Origin: Candidatus Limnocylindrus sp.
GTDB taxonomy: Bacteria; Chloroflexota; Limnocylindria; Limnocylindrales; Limnocylindraceae
Assembly: GCA_040397155.1 (NCBI GenBank)
Contig: JBBAWP010000004.1
Coordinates: 1-45,504 of the forward strand
Direction: 5' to 3'
DNA length: 45,504 bases
In this document: positions 36,135 through 44,890 of the stretch, piece by piece
Layout: each line of letters begins with the position of its first letter
Numbering within the stretch: position 1 is the stretch's first letter
The notes under the pieces: generated by a model
What the model was told of the DNA's origin: nothing
The model's input: only the letters and a program-made list of their open reading frames with translations
Database searches by the model: none
Made by a program: the position numbers and the translations under genes

Positions 36135-38606
36135 ATGAACGACAGCCTTCGAACAACGAACGCGCAACCAACCCTCCTGGTTGGCTCGGCGACGCTGGTC
36201 ACCGCGGGCGACCGCGCACTACTGCTGCGCATGCCGGCGAGCCCCACAACCGCACGCACGCTCGGTGCGCGCGCGATTCTACTCAACGCCCCAGGATCGA
36301 ACGCATCTCAACTCAAGGCGGCAGCCGAGCGCGCACTAAACCTTTTTGACCAAGGGGAAGGGGGTGCGGGTGAGCGTGCGCGCACAATCATCGTTGCGCT
36401 CCGCGAGCAGCTTGGCGAACAGAGCGAGGTCTGCATGGTCGGCCTCCTTCGTCGTGAAGCGTGGGCCGCATCAAGCGGAAACCTCACCGCCGTCGCCTCA
36501 CTCCTCCGTGAAAGCCGACACGTCACCGTCCTGCTCCCTGCTGGCGCTCCAGGCGCGTCAGCGGGAGCCGCGCAGCGACAAGGAGTTGTCACCGGACGCG
36601 TTGCGCTCGCAATTGGTGACCGGATCGCGTTAGCGTTCACCGAAGAGGAGGGGCGAGCGCTTTTGAAGCGCCGGCCAGGATCTGCAAGCGACGGCGCAGA
36701 GCTCGCACTCCTTCTTGCAAGCGAAGAGCCGACGCCACCAGCGCTGCGAAGCGCCTCGCAAACCAGCGACACCCTGTTGGCGATTCCGGCAGACAACATT
36801 GCGCAAGCCAAAGCACGCGCCCGCGCGCGATGGGAGGAGGGGAACGACGAGCGGAGTGAACTCATTGCCGCCGCCGTGCCGCCGAAGCCAGAGGCGGATC
36901 GCCGCCGCCCTGAACGCCCAACGGAGCCGTACGCCCCAATTGACCGAGCCGCCCAAGAGGTGCTCGCCGAGCGTCGAGGTGGCGGCGCGCGCGGCGGGGT
37001 GTCAACGCGTGGACCAGCAGCCCGCGTGGCTCAACCAAGCCGCGACGCAAGAAGCCGCGAAGCAATCCGCCGCGCTGCACGAGCACGCGCAGAACGCAGC
37101 CCTGGTGCTGAGCCAGAGATTGAGCGCTCTCGCGCTGAGCGTGGATCCACACCCCCCTCGCGGCTCCGCGTTGCGGCGAGACGACTCATCAGCGCAGCTG
37201 AGCGGCGCTTCCCGTGGGCTGCCTCGCGAGTGCCAGAACCAAGCCTAGGTATTGAACGCAAACGCCAGGCGTCACCAAAGCAGGCGATTGCTCGAAGTCG
37301 ACGGCGCAGCGCAAGCGTGCTGCTTGCAGCAATCCTCATTACCGCAGTTGGCGGGGTTGCAAGCGTCTATCTGAATCAAACGAATCCAACGCTTGATGCT
37401 GCAGCAAACGCGCGGGAGTCACTCGCCGAAGCAGCACGGGCCGTTGACGAGGCACTTAACCCAGTCACCAATCTGCTTGCAAGCGACCCCGACCGCGCGC
37501 GAACACTACTCGTCAGCGCAACTGAGAAACTCGTGACTGCCGAAGCGGGTGGCGCCCCGATGTCAGAGATCAACGCACTTCGCGAACGAATGGGACCGCC
37601 GCTCGACAAGCTCTTCCTTCTCACTCGCGCAACAGTGTTTGATGTGTTTGACTTCACTTCCGCAACAGTGCCCATCAAGATCACCGCAATCACCCAAGGG
37701 CCGGACGGATACAGCTACATCCTGGATGATTTCTCGGGAGCGGTATACCGAGTGGATCCGGCGGCGCAACCAAACCCGCGCGCAACCGTGATCTACCAGC
37801 CCGGATATGAACTGTTTGGGAGTACCACCGGCCGCGCGCAAACCATCAGCGCGTCAGGGCCAGACATTCTTATCTTCGACGCCTCGTCCAATCTTTGGCG
37901 CTGGCGACCAGCCGACTCAAGCGGGAAGGGAACACTCGTGAAGCTTCGCGTGCGGGACGGCGAGCTCTGGGGGAGCGACGTAACGATCATTTCCGGATTC
38001 GCTGCCGATGAAGGGACAGGGCTGTATCGAATGTATGTGGTTGACCCCTCAGCGCGACAAATCTTGCGATACACGCCCGCCCCTGACGGGACAGGCTATC
38101 CGGCCCCGCCGACTGGATATCTGATTAACCCAACGTCGCTCGCCAGTGTGGACGCGATGGCAATCGACGGCGATCTCTACCTTGCGCAAGACGGCGCGGT
38201 ACGAAGGTATGTGGGCGGCGCCGTGGACGAGTGGGTTCCAGCGGACCCTGGCGACAGCGTGATCCGAAGCACTCCAGAGATCCGACTCATCCTCTCCGCA
38301 GGTGCGAGCCGCACCGGCGTGCTCTACGGGTGGGATGTTCGTAATGAGCGAATACTTGCGTACAGCAAGGCCTCCTCTGGGAGCGTGCTCGCGCAGTATC
38401 AACTTGTAGCGAGCGACGGTGTCGTCTCCAGCATTGTCGGCGGCTACATAGCGCTGGCTCGAGATGGCGGAGCGCCGACGTTTATCTGGGCTGAAGAGGG
38501 GCGCATTCGAGGTGCGGTGCTCGGCGCAGCGGTGACCCCTGGCGCCACTCCAACTCCAGCCGTCACCGCCGCTCCCGTGATCGAACTGCCGAGCATTCAG
38601 CCGTAA
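36135..38606 (+). CDS. Hypothetical 823-aa single-pass membrane protein: cytoplasmic N-domain, Arg/Glu/Ala-rich linker, TM helix, repeat-rich extracytoplasmic domain
   Basis: It is a long uninterrupted ORF. One predicted TM helix, SVLLAAILITAVGGVASVYL, lies at about aa 393-412 (37311-37370). The C-terminal ~300 aa show about six repeats of the strand pattern h-h-D..(G)..hYRh (YSYILDDFSGAVYRVD, ILIFDASSNLWRWRP, LYRMYVVDPSARQILRYTP, LYLAQDGAVRRYV, VLYGWDVRNERILAYS, TFIWAEEGRIRG). No family was recognised. Confidence 0.7.
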   Translation: MNDSLRTTNAQPTLLVGSATLVTAGDRALLLRMPASPTTARTLGARAILLNAPGSNASQLKAAAERALNLFDQGEGGAGERARTIIVALREQLGEQSEVCMVGLLRREAWAASSGNLTAVASLLRESRHVTVLLPAGAPGASAGAAQRQGVVTGRVALAIGDRIALAFTEEEGRALLKRRPGSASDGAELALLLASEEPTPPALRSASQTSDTLLAIPADNIAQAKARARARWEEGNDERSELIAAAVPPKPEADRRRPERPTEPYAPIDRAAQEVLAERRGGGARGGVSTRGPAARVAQPSRDARSREAIRRAARARAERSPGAEPEIERSRAERGSTPPSRLRVAARRLISAAERRFPWAASRVPEPSLGIERKRQASPKQAIARSRRRSASVLLAAILITAVGGVASVYLNQTNPTLDAAANARESLAEAARAVDEALNPVTNLLASDPDRARTLLVSATEKLVTAEAGGAPMSEINALRERMGPPLDKLFLLTRATVFDVFDFTSATVPIKITAITQGPDGYSYILDDFSGAVYRVDPAAQPNPRATVIYQPGYELFGSTTGRAQTISASGPDILIFDASSNLWRWRPADSSGKGTLVKLRVRDGELWGSDVTIISGFAADEGTGLYRMYVVDPSARQILRYTPAPDGTGYPAPPTGYLINPTSLASVDAMAIDGDLYLAQDGAVRRYVGGAVDEWVPADPGDSVIRSTPEIRLILSAGASRTGVLYGWDVRNERILAYSKASSGSVLAQYQLVASDGVVSSIVGGYIALARDGGAPTFIWAEEGRIRGAVLGAAVTPGATPTPAVTAAPVIELPSIQP

Positions 38607-38661
38607 CCTGCGGCGCCGCCTCCGGCGCGCACGGCGCGGCGAAGGGTGGGATCATCACCGC

Positions 38662-39168
38662 ATGGATCTACGACGAGCGGTTGTTGAGGGGGTTCGTGTC
38701 CAGATGATTTCTGGAACACACATCCTGCTCCTCCGTGATGCAGAAGAGCGACGATATCTCCCAATCCCGATCGGTCCAAACGAAGCGAACGCGATCGCGT
38801 ATCACCTGCAAGGGGTGCGCCCCGAGCGCCCGCTCACCCATGACATTGCAACACTCATGATGAACGCGCTCGGCGCAGAGCTGCGCGAGGTTCGAATCGT
38901 GGAGCTTCGAGACGAAACATTTCGCGCGCGAATGCTGGTTGCCCCTACGGGCGGCGCAGTACAGGAACTCGACGCCCGACCAAGCGACGCCGTGGCACTT
39001 GCCCTCCGCGCCAACGCACCAATCTTTATCTCACTCGACCTCCTCGCAGCCGAAGGGATCGTTCCTGAGGCGGCCGAGGAGGAGCGCCTTTCGCTCTTCC
39101 GAGACTTTGTGAACTCGCTCGACGGCGAACAGCCGAACGATGTGAAGGGGAGTGACCCGGAGCGCTGA
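38662..39168 (+). CDS. Bifunctional nuclease family protein (DUF151/BFN domain)
   Basis: The sequence ILLLRDAEERRYLPIPIGPNEANAIAYHLQGVRPERPLTHDI...ARPSDAVALALRANAPIFI matches the conserved DUF151 core (LPIwIG..EA..I, RP.THDL, aRpSDAiaLAlr). Confidence 0.8.
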   Translation: MDLRRAVVEGVRVQMISGTHILLLRDAEERRYLPIPIGPNEANAIAYHLQGVRPERPLTHDIATLMMNALGAELREVRIVELRDETFRARMLVAPTGGAVQELDARPSDAVALALRANAPIFISLDLLAAEGIVPEAAEEERLSLFRDFVNSLDGEQPNDVKGSDPER

Positions 39169-39169
39169 G

Positions 39170-39916
39170 CTAGAGGAGCCGGACCCCTCGCGCGAGTGCA
39201 TTCGCGCGGCGGAACCAGAGCGCACCACGAAGCGACCAGAAGTCACGCACCGCCGCAAACACCACGGAGGGCCGAGCGCCGCTGGCAGATCCGGCAACGC
39301 GCGGGAAGTGCGGAACGCCAACCTCAACCATCTGCACGCCACGCGCCCGTAACTTGATAAGCAACTCTGCGGAAAAGAATGCTCCGCTTGATGCAACGGC
39401 GATGCCGTGCAGCGTGGCACGAGGGAAGAGCTTCATCGCGCAGTCCACATCGCGCACCGGAAGGCCAAACCAGAAGCGATTCGCGAGGCGATACACCGCG
39501 GCGTAGATCTTCCGTAGCGCAGGGTCGGCACGCTTGATGCGGTAACCGAGTGCAACCGTTTCGTGATTCGGCACCGCTGAGATGAGCGCTGCAAGATCTG
39601 TAACGCGGAACTGCCGATCCCCATCGGTGAAGGCAATCCATTCGTAGCGCGCGCCACCAAACCCGGAGCGGAGCGCTCCGCCATACCCGCGATTTATGTC
39701 GTGTCGAATCACGCGAACAACGTTCGGGTGGGCCGCTTCAAGCCGAGCTGCGACGGCAGGTGTTGCATCGGTAGAGCCGTCATCAACAAGGATCACCTCA
39801 TACCGCTCAGCGAGCGTAGGGAGTGCGCTCAGCGCCTCAGCAACAAGCGCGTCAAGGTTCTCCGCCTCGTTGTGACACGGAAAGAAGAGGGAGAGCTCGT
39901 TAATCGGTATCTGCAC
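39170..39916 (-). CDS. Glycosyltransferase family 2, polyprenyl-phosphate sugar synthase type (Ppm1/DPM1/GtrB-like)
   Basis: The 248-aa ORF has PCHNEAENL, ILVDDGSTD, RGYGGAL and FTDGDRQF motifs, the GT2 DxD-type core. It is soluble and short like Dol-P/polyprenol-P sugar synthases. It is divergent from the GT-C gene. Confidence 0.8.
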   Translation of the reverse strand: MQIPINELSLFFPCHNEAENLDALVAEALSALPTLAERYEVILVDDGSTDATPAVAARLEAAHPNVVRVIRHDINRGYGGALRSGFGGARYEWIAFTDGDRQFRVTDLAALISAVPNHETVALGYRIKRADPALRKIYAAVYRLANRFWFGLPVRDVDCAMKLFPRATLHGIAVASSGAFFSAELLIKLRARGVQMVEVGVPHFPRVAGSASGARPSVVFAAVRDFWSLRGALWFRRANALARGVRLL

Positions 39917-39944
39917 CTGCCCCCTCCACGGCTACACTCACCCC

Positions 39945-42900
39945 ATGAGCACTGCGCTGATCGTCGTCTTCGCACTTCTGTTGCGCATGATCATCGCATA
40001 CGTGTTCCTTCCGGCGAACGCTGGGTTCACCGCAGACCTCGAAGCATTTCGCTTTTGGGCGGCAGACCTTGGTGCGAACGGTCCGCTTGGCGCATACACA
40101 CGCGGCTACTTTCTTGATTATCTCCCTGGCTATCTCTGGATCCTCTGGCCGCTCGGCGCACTCAGCGGAGCGCTCACAGGATCGTTTGATCCTGGCGCGC
40201 TGATCAAGCTTCCAGGGATCCTTGCTGACGGCCTACTCATCGTTGCCACGGTTCGGTTGGCGAGTGAGCTCGGTGCATCAACGCGCGCGCAGCGCGTGGT
40301 CGCCCTCCTCCTTGCGTTCACACCGATCACGTGGCTGAACTCTGCAGTCTGGGGGCAGGTCGACGCCGTTGGAACGAGCGTGTTGGTCTTTGCAGTCACA
40401 GAGCTAATCAAAGGGCGCACCGTCCGCGCCGCTGCACTCGCTGCACTGGCTGCCGTGATCAAGCCGCAGTTCGGAATCCTCATCCCCCTGATTGCGGTGA
40501 TTGCAATCGTCCGCGCGCGTCGCAGCGGCGATGTTTGGTCACTCCCACTCGTTGCCCTCACCGGCACGGCGGTAGTCTCCGTTGCGGCACTTCCATTTGG
40601 CCTAACCGTGATTGACGTGATCCAGAGAGTTGGCGAGGCGGCGGCAACCTACCCATACTTGAGCGTGAACGCGTGGAACCTCTGGGCGCTCGCGGATAGT
40701 GGCGGGACAGGCATCGTCCTGAACGGAGGCTGGGGGAGCGACACCGCTCCTCTCTTTGGCTTCGGCCCACCAGCACTCTTTATCGGCACACTGTTGCTCC
40801 TTGTGGCGATCGCCGCGGCAGGGTGGGCGGCACGACACGACGAGCGCACCAGAACGGTCGCCGCCCTCGCCCTGATCGCGATCGCCTTCTTCGTCCTCCC
40901 AACGCGCGTCCATGAGCGCTACCTCTTCCCCGCAGTTCCGCTCACCCTTGCGCTCGCCGCGGCGCTCCCGCGCTGGCGTCCGACCGCCGCCGTAACCGCG
41001 CTGGTGTTGATTGCCAACACATGGGGGGTACTCACGCTTGCGTACCTCCAAAACCCAGGAGTCCCCGACCTTGGACCAGCTACCGACGCACTCCAAACCC
41101 CAGCCGCAATCATCACGGCAGCCTTTGCTGCCACGGCAGCGCTCTGCGCCGCGGGCTATCAACTTCTCCGGCTACCAACTGGCGAATCAAGGGTGGTGCG
41201 ACGAACGCCAGCGCGCACGCGCGAAGCAGACGAACACGTGCAAACAATCGCTGCGCCGCGAGCGCGCCTCAACCGGATCGACCTTTGGATGGTGGTCGTC
41301 ATTGCGGTTACCGCACTCTCACTTCGCGGGTGGCGCGTGGGTGAGCCAACGCGATTCCACTTTGACGAGGTCTATCACGTGCGCACCGCAACAGAGTTCA
41401 TGCAGCACTGGCGGTACGGCGACCCACATCCGATCTACGAGTACACCCACCCGCACCTTGCGAAGTATGCGATCGCAGCAGGCCTTGAGATCTTTGGTGC
41501 CCCACGCGTAGAAGGAGGGAGTAACTACGGCGCTCCGATCCTTGCGATCGCGTCACGACCAGAAGGCGCTGTAGGCGCGCCGCGAATCTGGGTCGCAACA
41601 GCAACCGGCATTGATGTGATCAACCCTGCAACACGTGCGGTGATTGGAACGATCAACGAACCGAGTGCCCGTGCACTGAGTGTGGCGGACGACGGATCAC
41701 TATGGGCTCTTTCCAGAAGCGGTGACCTGTTGCACGCGGTTGGCGACACTGCTGATGGGGGGAACAGCGCCCCGTTCACTCGATGGAGCACGAACGTTGC
41801 TGACGTACGCGCGGTGCGTGGTCTTGGTGACGTTGCATTGATCGCCACAGCGAACGAGGTGATCCGTGTTGAGCGTGGTGCAATCACCTCGCGAGCCACC
41901 GTTGCTGGTGTCCGTCAGATTGAGATCGTTCGCGTTGACGAAGCGAGCCACGTGGTGGTTGCAGGGAGTGCTGGCTTTACGCTTCTGCGCGCCGATGATC
42001 TTGGCGGCGCACAGATCACCACCGTGACCGGGGGAGTGAGCGCACTCGGAGGAGTGGACTGGTTTGACGAACCTCGTGTCTACGCCGCGGGACCCGACAG
42101 CATCTCTGTGTACACGCTGCGCGCGAATACACCAGCCGTAAGCGTGGCGAGGATCAGCATCGCAGATGCATCGTTGATCATTGTGAACCACGCAACGCGG
42201 ATTGTGCACGCGGTAGCACCGACTCAAACAGCGAGTGGCGCCGCCGCGCTCTGGAGCATTGAGCCAAACGGAAACGCCTACTTTGCGGACACGGAGCTTC
42301 GCAATCCAGCGGTGAGTGGTGCTGAGCCGCTTATGAGCGACAACGTGATAGGTGCCGTGATTGATGGATCAGCCGAACTGCCGGACGGAGGGCGAGGAGA
42401 GCTGATCACCGCGTGGCCAAACGGCGAGATGGTGCAGGTTGCTGTTGGCGACCTCTCTGCAGGGTGGCGTTGGCCCGGAGTGATTGCTGGAGCGATCGCT
42501 GCCGCACTTCTTGCACTCCTCGCGCGGCTCCTCACGGAGCGCCGCGACGTTGCCGCGCTCACGGGCCTCCTCGCCCTGTTGGACGGCGCAGGATTCGTGC
42601 AGAGCCGCATCGGGATGAACGACGTCTACTTGTTTGCGGCGCTCTTGGCCGCCGCCTGCGCCTTTGTCGCTTGGCTACAAGGTCGCGCGCGCGGGGTTGC
42701 GGGGGGGAGCCTCCTCCTCCTTGTTACTGGCGTAGCCCTCGGCCTCGCACTCGCGAGCAAGTGGGTGGCCCTTTACGGGATTGCAGCGCTCGGGCTGCTT
42801 TGGCTCGCGCGCAGTGCATGGGGGAGACTCGCCGCCCTGGCGGGTCTCATTGGGATCAGTGCGATCCTCCTCCCCCCCGCACTCTCTACCTCGGCGGAGG

Positions 42901-44087
42901 GGACGCGACTTCCGAATCTTCCCTTCCTTGGGGTTGCAGTGCTTGTGATCGTCGGCACGGTCGCAGTAGTCCGCCGAGCTGGCGGCATGAACCGTAAGGG
43001 TCTCGATCTGCAGCGCGTCGGCGACGTCGTCTCTACAGGCGCGTCGGCACTCCTTGTTGGGGCAACCCTCGTTGCACTCCCGCTTGCGGTCTATCTGATC
43101 AGCTATCTCCCATGGGCGGCGCTGGGAAACCAGATCGTTGAAGGCTGGCCGCTCGGAAACGACGGGAGAACACTCGCCGACCTCACCACTTCTATGTATC
43201 AGTACCACGACACGCTCCGCGTGGCACACGCCGCAAGCTCGCCGTGGTGGGCGTGGCCGTTTGACTTGAAACCGGTCTGGTTCTTCCAGGAAAGCTTTGC
43301 GGCGGCTGGCGGGTGGAGCGGCGCAATCTACAACGGCGGAAATGTTGCGTCGCGCATTCTCGGCCTCGCCGGCGCCGCGTGGCTTGCACGTCAGGCGTGG
43401 ATTCAGAAGAGCTGGGGCCTTGCGAGCGCCGCCATCATCTTTTTTGCACTTTGGCTCCCATGGGCGCGCGTTGACCGCGCCGCGTTTCAGTACCACTACT
43501 TCCCGTCTTCACAAATTGCACTGATCGCACTCGCACTTCTTCTCGCCGACTTGCGAAACGGAGCGACACGCGCGGTTCGACTGGCGCAAGGCGGGCTCGC
43601 CGCACTGATCCTTGCCGCGCCACTGTTTTGGACTACAACGCCTCTCTTGTGTGCCGCCGCAGGAGTTCTTGATGTCTATTCAGAGAGCCAGGTCTGCCTC
43701 TCTTCTGGGCTCGCAACACCAGGGCCAGTGATCGGCGCGGTGCTTCTGATCCCTGCCGCATATGCGGCGTGGTCACTTCGTCATATCCGCGATCCTCGTC
43801 GGCTGTTCCGCTGGTCGCTCGGTGCGATCGCGGTCGTTGCACTGATTTGGTATCCGAACTGGTCAGCACTTCCACTTCCAACAGGAGTGCACAACGTCTA
43901 TCAAGGTGTTTTCCCAACATGGACCTGGTCGTTCCAATTTGGGGTCACACTTAAGAAACCAGTTGACGTGCCACTCGTGAGCGGAGCAACACTCCTCTTC
44001 GCAGCGGCGCTCGCGGCGGTTGCGGTTCTTACGTATGCGCTATTCGAGTACGCGCGGCGAAGAGAACTCCACAAGGATCGCTCGTAG
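39945..44087 (+). CDS. 1380-aa polytopic membrane protein: N-terminal GT-C-like module fused to a PMT (GT39)-like protein O-mannosyltransferase module with a ~320-aa soluble insertion
   Basis: N-module (aa 1-~400) motifs are YFLDYLPGYLW, WGQVDA, IKPQFG and TRVHERYLFP, which resemble Gpi18/ALG6-ALG8-like GT-C families. C-module motifs are FHFDEVYHVRTA (DE motif at 41364-41369), YTHPHLAKY, SRIGMNDVY, and a C-terminal AFQYHYFPS of the PMT_4TMC type. An insert at aa ~520-840 (41502-42464) has repeated beta-strand patterns. The reading frame is continuous with no stop. Confidence 0.75.
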   Translation: MSTALIVVFALLLRMIIAYVFLPANAGFTADLEAFRFWAADLGANGPLGAYTRGYFLDYLPGYLWILWPLGALSGALTGSFDPGALIKLPGILADGLLIVATVRLASELGASTRAQRVVALLLAFTPITWLNSAVWGQVDAVGTSVLVFAVTELIKGRTVRAAALAALAAVIKPQFGILIPLIAVIAIVRARRSGDVWSLPLVALTGTAVVSVAALPFGLTVIDVIQRVGEAAATYPYLSVNAWNLWALADSGGTGIVLNGGWGSDTAPLFGFGPPALFIGTLLLLVAIAAAGWAARHDERTRTVAALALIAIAFFVLPTRVHERYLFPAVPLTLALAAALPRWRPTAAVTALVLIANTWGVLTLAYLQNPGVPDLGPATDALQTPAAIITAAFAATAALCAAGYQLLRLPTGESRVVRRTPARTREADEHVQTIAAPRARLNRIDLWMVVVIAVTALSLRGWRVGEPTRFHFDEVYHVRTATEFMQHWRYGDPHPIYEYTHPHLAKYAIAAGLEIFGAPRVEGGSNYGAPILAIASRPEGAVGAPRIWVATATGIDVINPATRAVIGTINEPSARALSVADDGSLWALSRSGDLLHAVGDTADGGNSAPFTRWSTNVADVRAVRGLGDVALIATANEVIRVERGAITSRATVAGVRQIEIVRVDEASHVVVAGSAGFTLLRADDLGGAQITTVTGGVSALGGVDWFDEPRVYAAGPDSISVYTLRANTPAVSVARISIADASLIIVNHATRIVHAVAPTQTASGAAALWSIEPNGNAYFADTELRNPAVSGAEPLMSDNVIGAVIDGSAELPDGGRGELITAWPNGEMVQVAVGDLSAGWRWPGVIAGAIAAALLALLARLLTERRDVAALTGLLALLDGAGFVQSRIGMNDVYLFAALLAAACAFVAWLQGRARGVAGGSLLLLVTGVALGLALASKWVALYGIAALGLLWLARSAWGRLAALAGLIGISAILLPPALSTSAEGTRLPNLPFLGVAVLVIVGTVAVVRRAGGMNRKGLDLQRVGDVVSTGASALLVGATLVALPLAVYLISYLPWAALGNQIVEGWPLGNDGRTLADLTTSMYQYHDTLRVAHAASSPWWAWPFDLKPVWFFQESFAAAGGWSGAIYNGGNVASRILGLAGAAWLARQAWIQKSWGLASAAIIFFALWLPWARVDRAAFQYHYFPSSQIALIALALLLADLRNGATRAVRLAQGGLAALILAAPLFWTTTPLLCAAAGVLDVYSESQVCLSSGLATPGPVIGAVLLIPAAYAAWSLRHIRDPRRLFRWSLGAIAVVALIWYPNWSALPLPTGVHNVYQGVFPTWTWSFQFGVTLKKPVDVPLVSGATLLFAAALAAVAVLTYALFEYARRRELHKDRS

Positions 44088-44378
44088 CGGAACCCCGTCG
44101 GTCGCAAGGAGGCGCTCAACCGCCGCGGGAAGTGCAATCGCTTCGCCAGATGCAACGCGCTGACGTTCGTCGGCAAGGGCGAGCCATCCACCGCCCTCAA
44201 TCACAATCAGCAGCGCGTCATTCGGTGAACGAAGTGGTCCGAGCGCTGCACGCTCGCTCAAGGTGATCTCTGTGATGTGCGCCGTTGTGCCGGCGTGCAG
44301 GAGCGCGCTCTCTACGCCTGTTGCCCCCGAACCGCGATCTGGTCGACGCTGTCCTGGTCCGAAGCGGCGGATCTCCAC
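44040..44378 (-). CDS. Cupin-domain protein (small, single domain)
   Basis: The 112-aa ORF contains ...GPLRSPNDALLIVIEGGGWLALADERQRVASGEAIALPAAV..., a cupin_2-like two-motif pattern. Its 3' end overlaps the 3' end of the convergent 1380-aa gene by 48 nt. Confidence 0.5.
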   Translation of the reverse strand: MEIRRFGPGQRRPDRGSGATGVESALLHAGTTAHITEITLSERAALGPLRSPNDALLIVIEGGGWLALADERQRVASGEAIALPAAVERLLATDGVPLRAILVEFSSPRVLE

Positions 44379-44388
44379 CGCGTGACGC

Positions 44389-44817
44389 TCAGCGCTTCTT
44401 GCTGCCGCCGCGGCGATTTGGTCGCTTGAGAGTTGCCTCCACTCCGTCGCTCACCTGGCGCCGTGTGCGCAACATCGCCTCATGCGCCGCTTCAGCGGCG
44501 AGCTGTGGCGGGAAGCGATTCACAACCGTGTCGCGGAGTAGGTAGAGGCCAATTGCCGTCGTAACGATCGGAAAGATTCCGTACCACTGGAAGGCGGCGT
44601 AGATCAGGTTGAGTCCGAAGGTGCTCACGCCAATCCAGAGGAGATACTCCCACTCGTTGCCGAGCACTCCTCTTCCGTTCGCTCCGCGCGTCGACCAGAC
44701 GTAGGCGACGATGGTGAAGATAAAGAGCAGGAGGTTCACCGCCCAGAATGGGGTGTAGAAGGTGCCGAGTCGCGCGTTCAGCGCGACGAAGAGATACTCC
44801 CAAGGCCACTGCGCCAT
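44389..44817 (-). CDS. Hypothetical membrane protein (about 3 TM helices, basic C-terminal tail)
   Basis: The 142-aa ORF has hydrophobic segments FWAVNLLLFIFTIVAYVW, YLLWIGVSTFGLNLIYAAF and IFPIVTTAIGLYLL. It has a plausible ATG start. No family was recognised. Confidence 0.5.
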   Translation of the reverse strand: MAQWPWEYLFVALNARLGTFYTPFWAVNLLLFIFTIVAYVWSTRGANGRGVLGNEWEYLLWIGVSTFGLNLIYAAFQWYGIFPIVTTAIGLYLLRDTVVNRFPPQLAAEAAHEAMLRTRRQVSDGVEATLKRPNRRGGSKKR

Positions 44818-44890
44818 TCCGTTACCTCACTCATCTCTATTGACCCGACAAGTGGTCGGTTCGTCAGGCGAGTATGCCATCATCGCCCCC

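Noticed and set aside
39917-39944. The 28-bp spacer between the divergent GT2 and GT-C genes was examined for a shared regulatory palindrome.
   Set aside because: The spacer is too short and I saw no palindrome or -35/-10 pair. The promoters probably lie inside the neighbouring coding regions, or one start codon is mis-placed.
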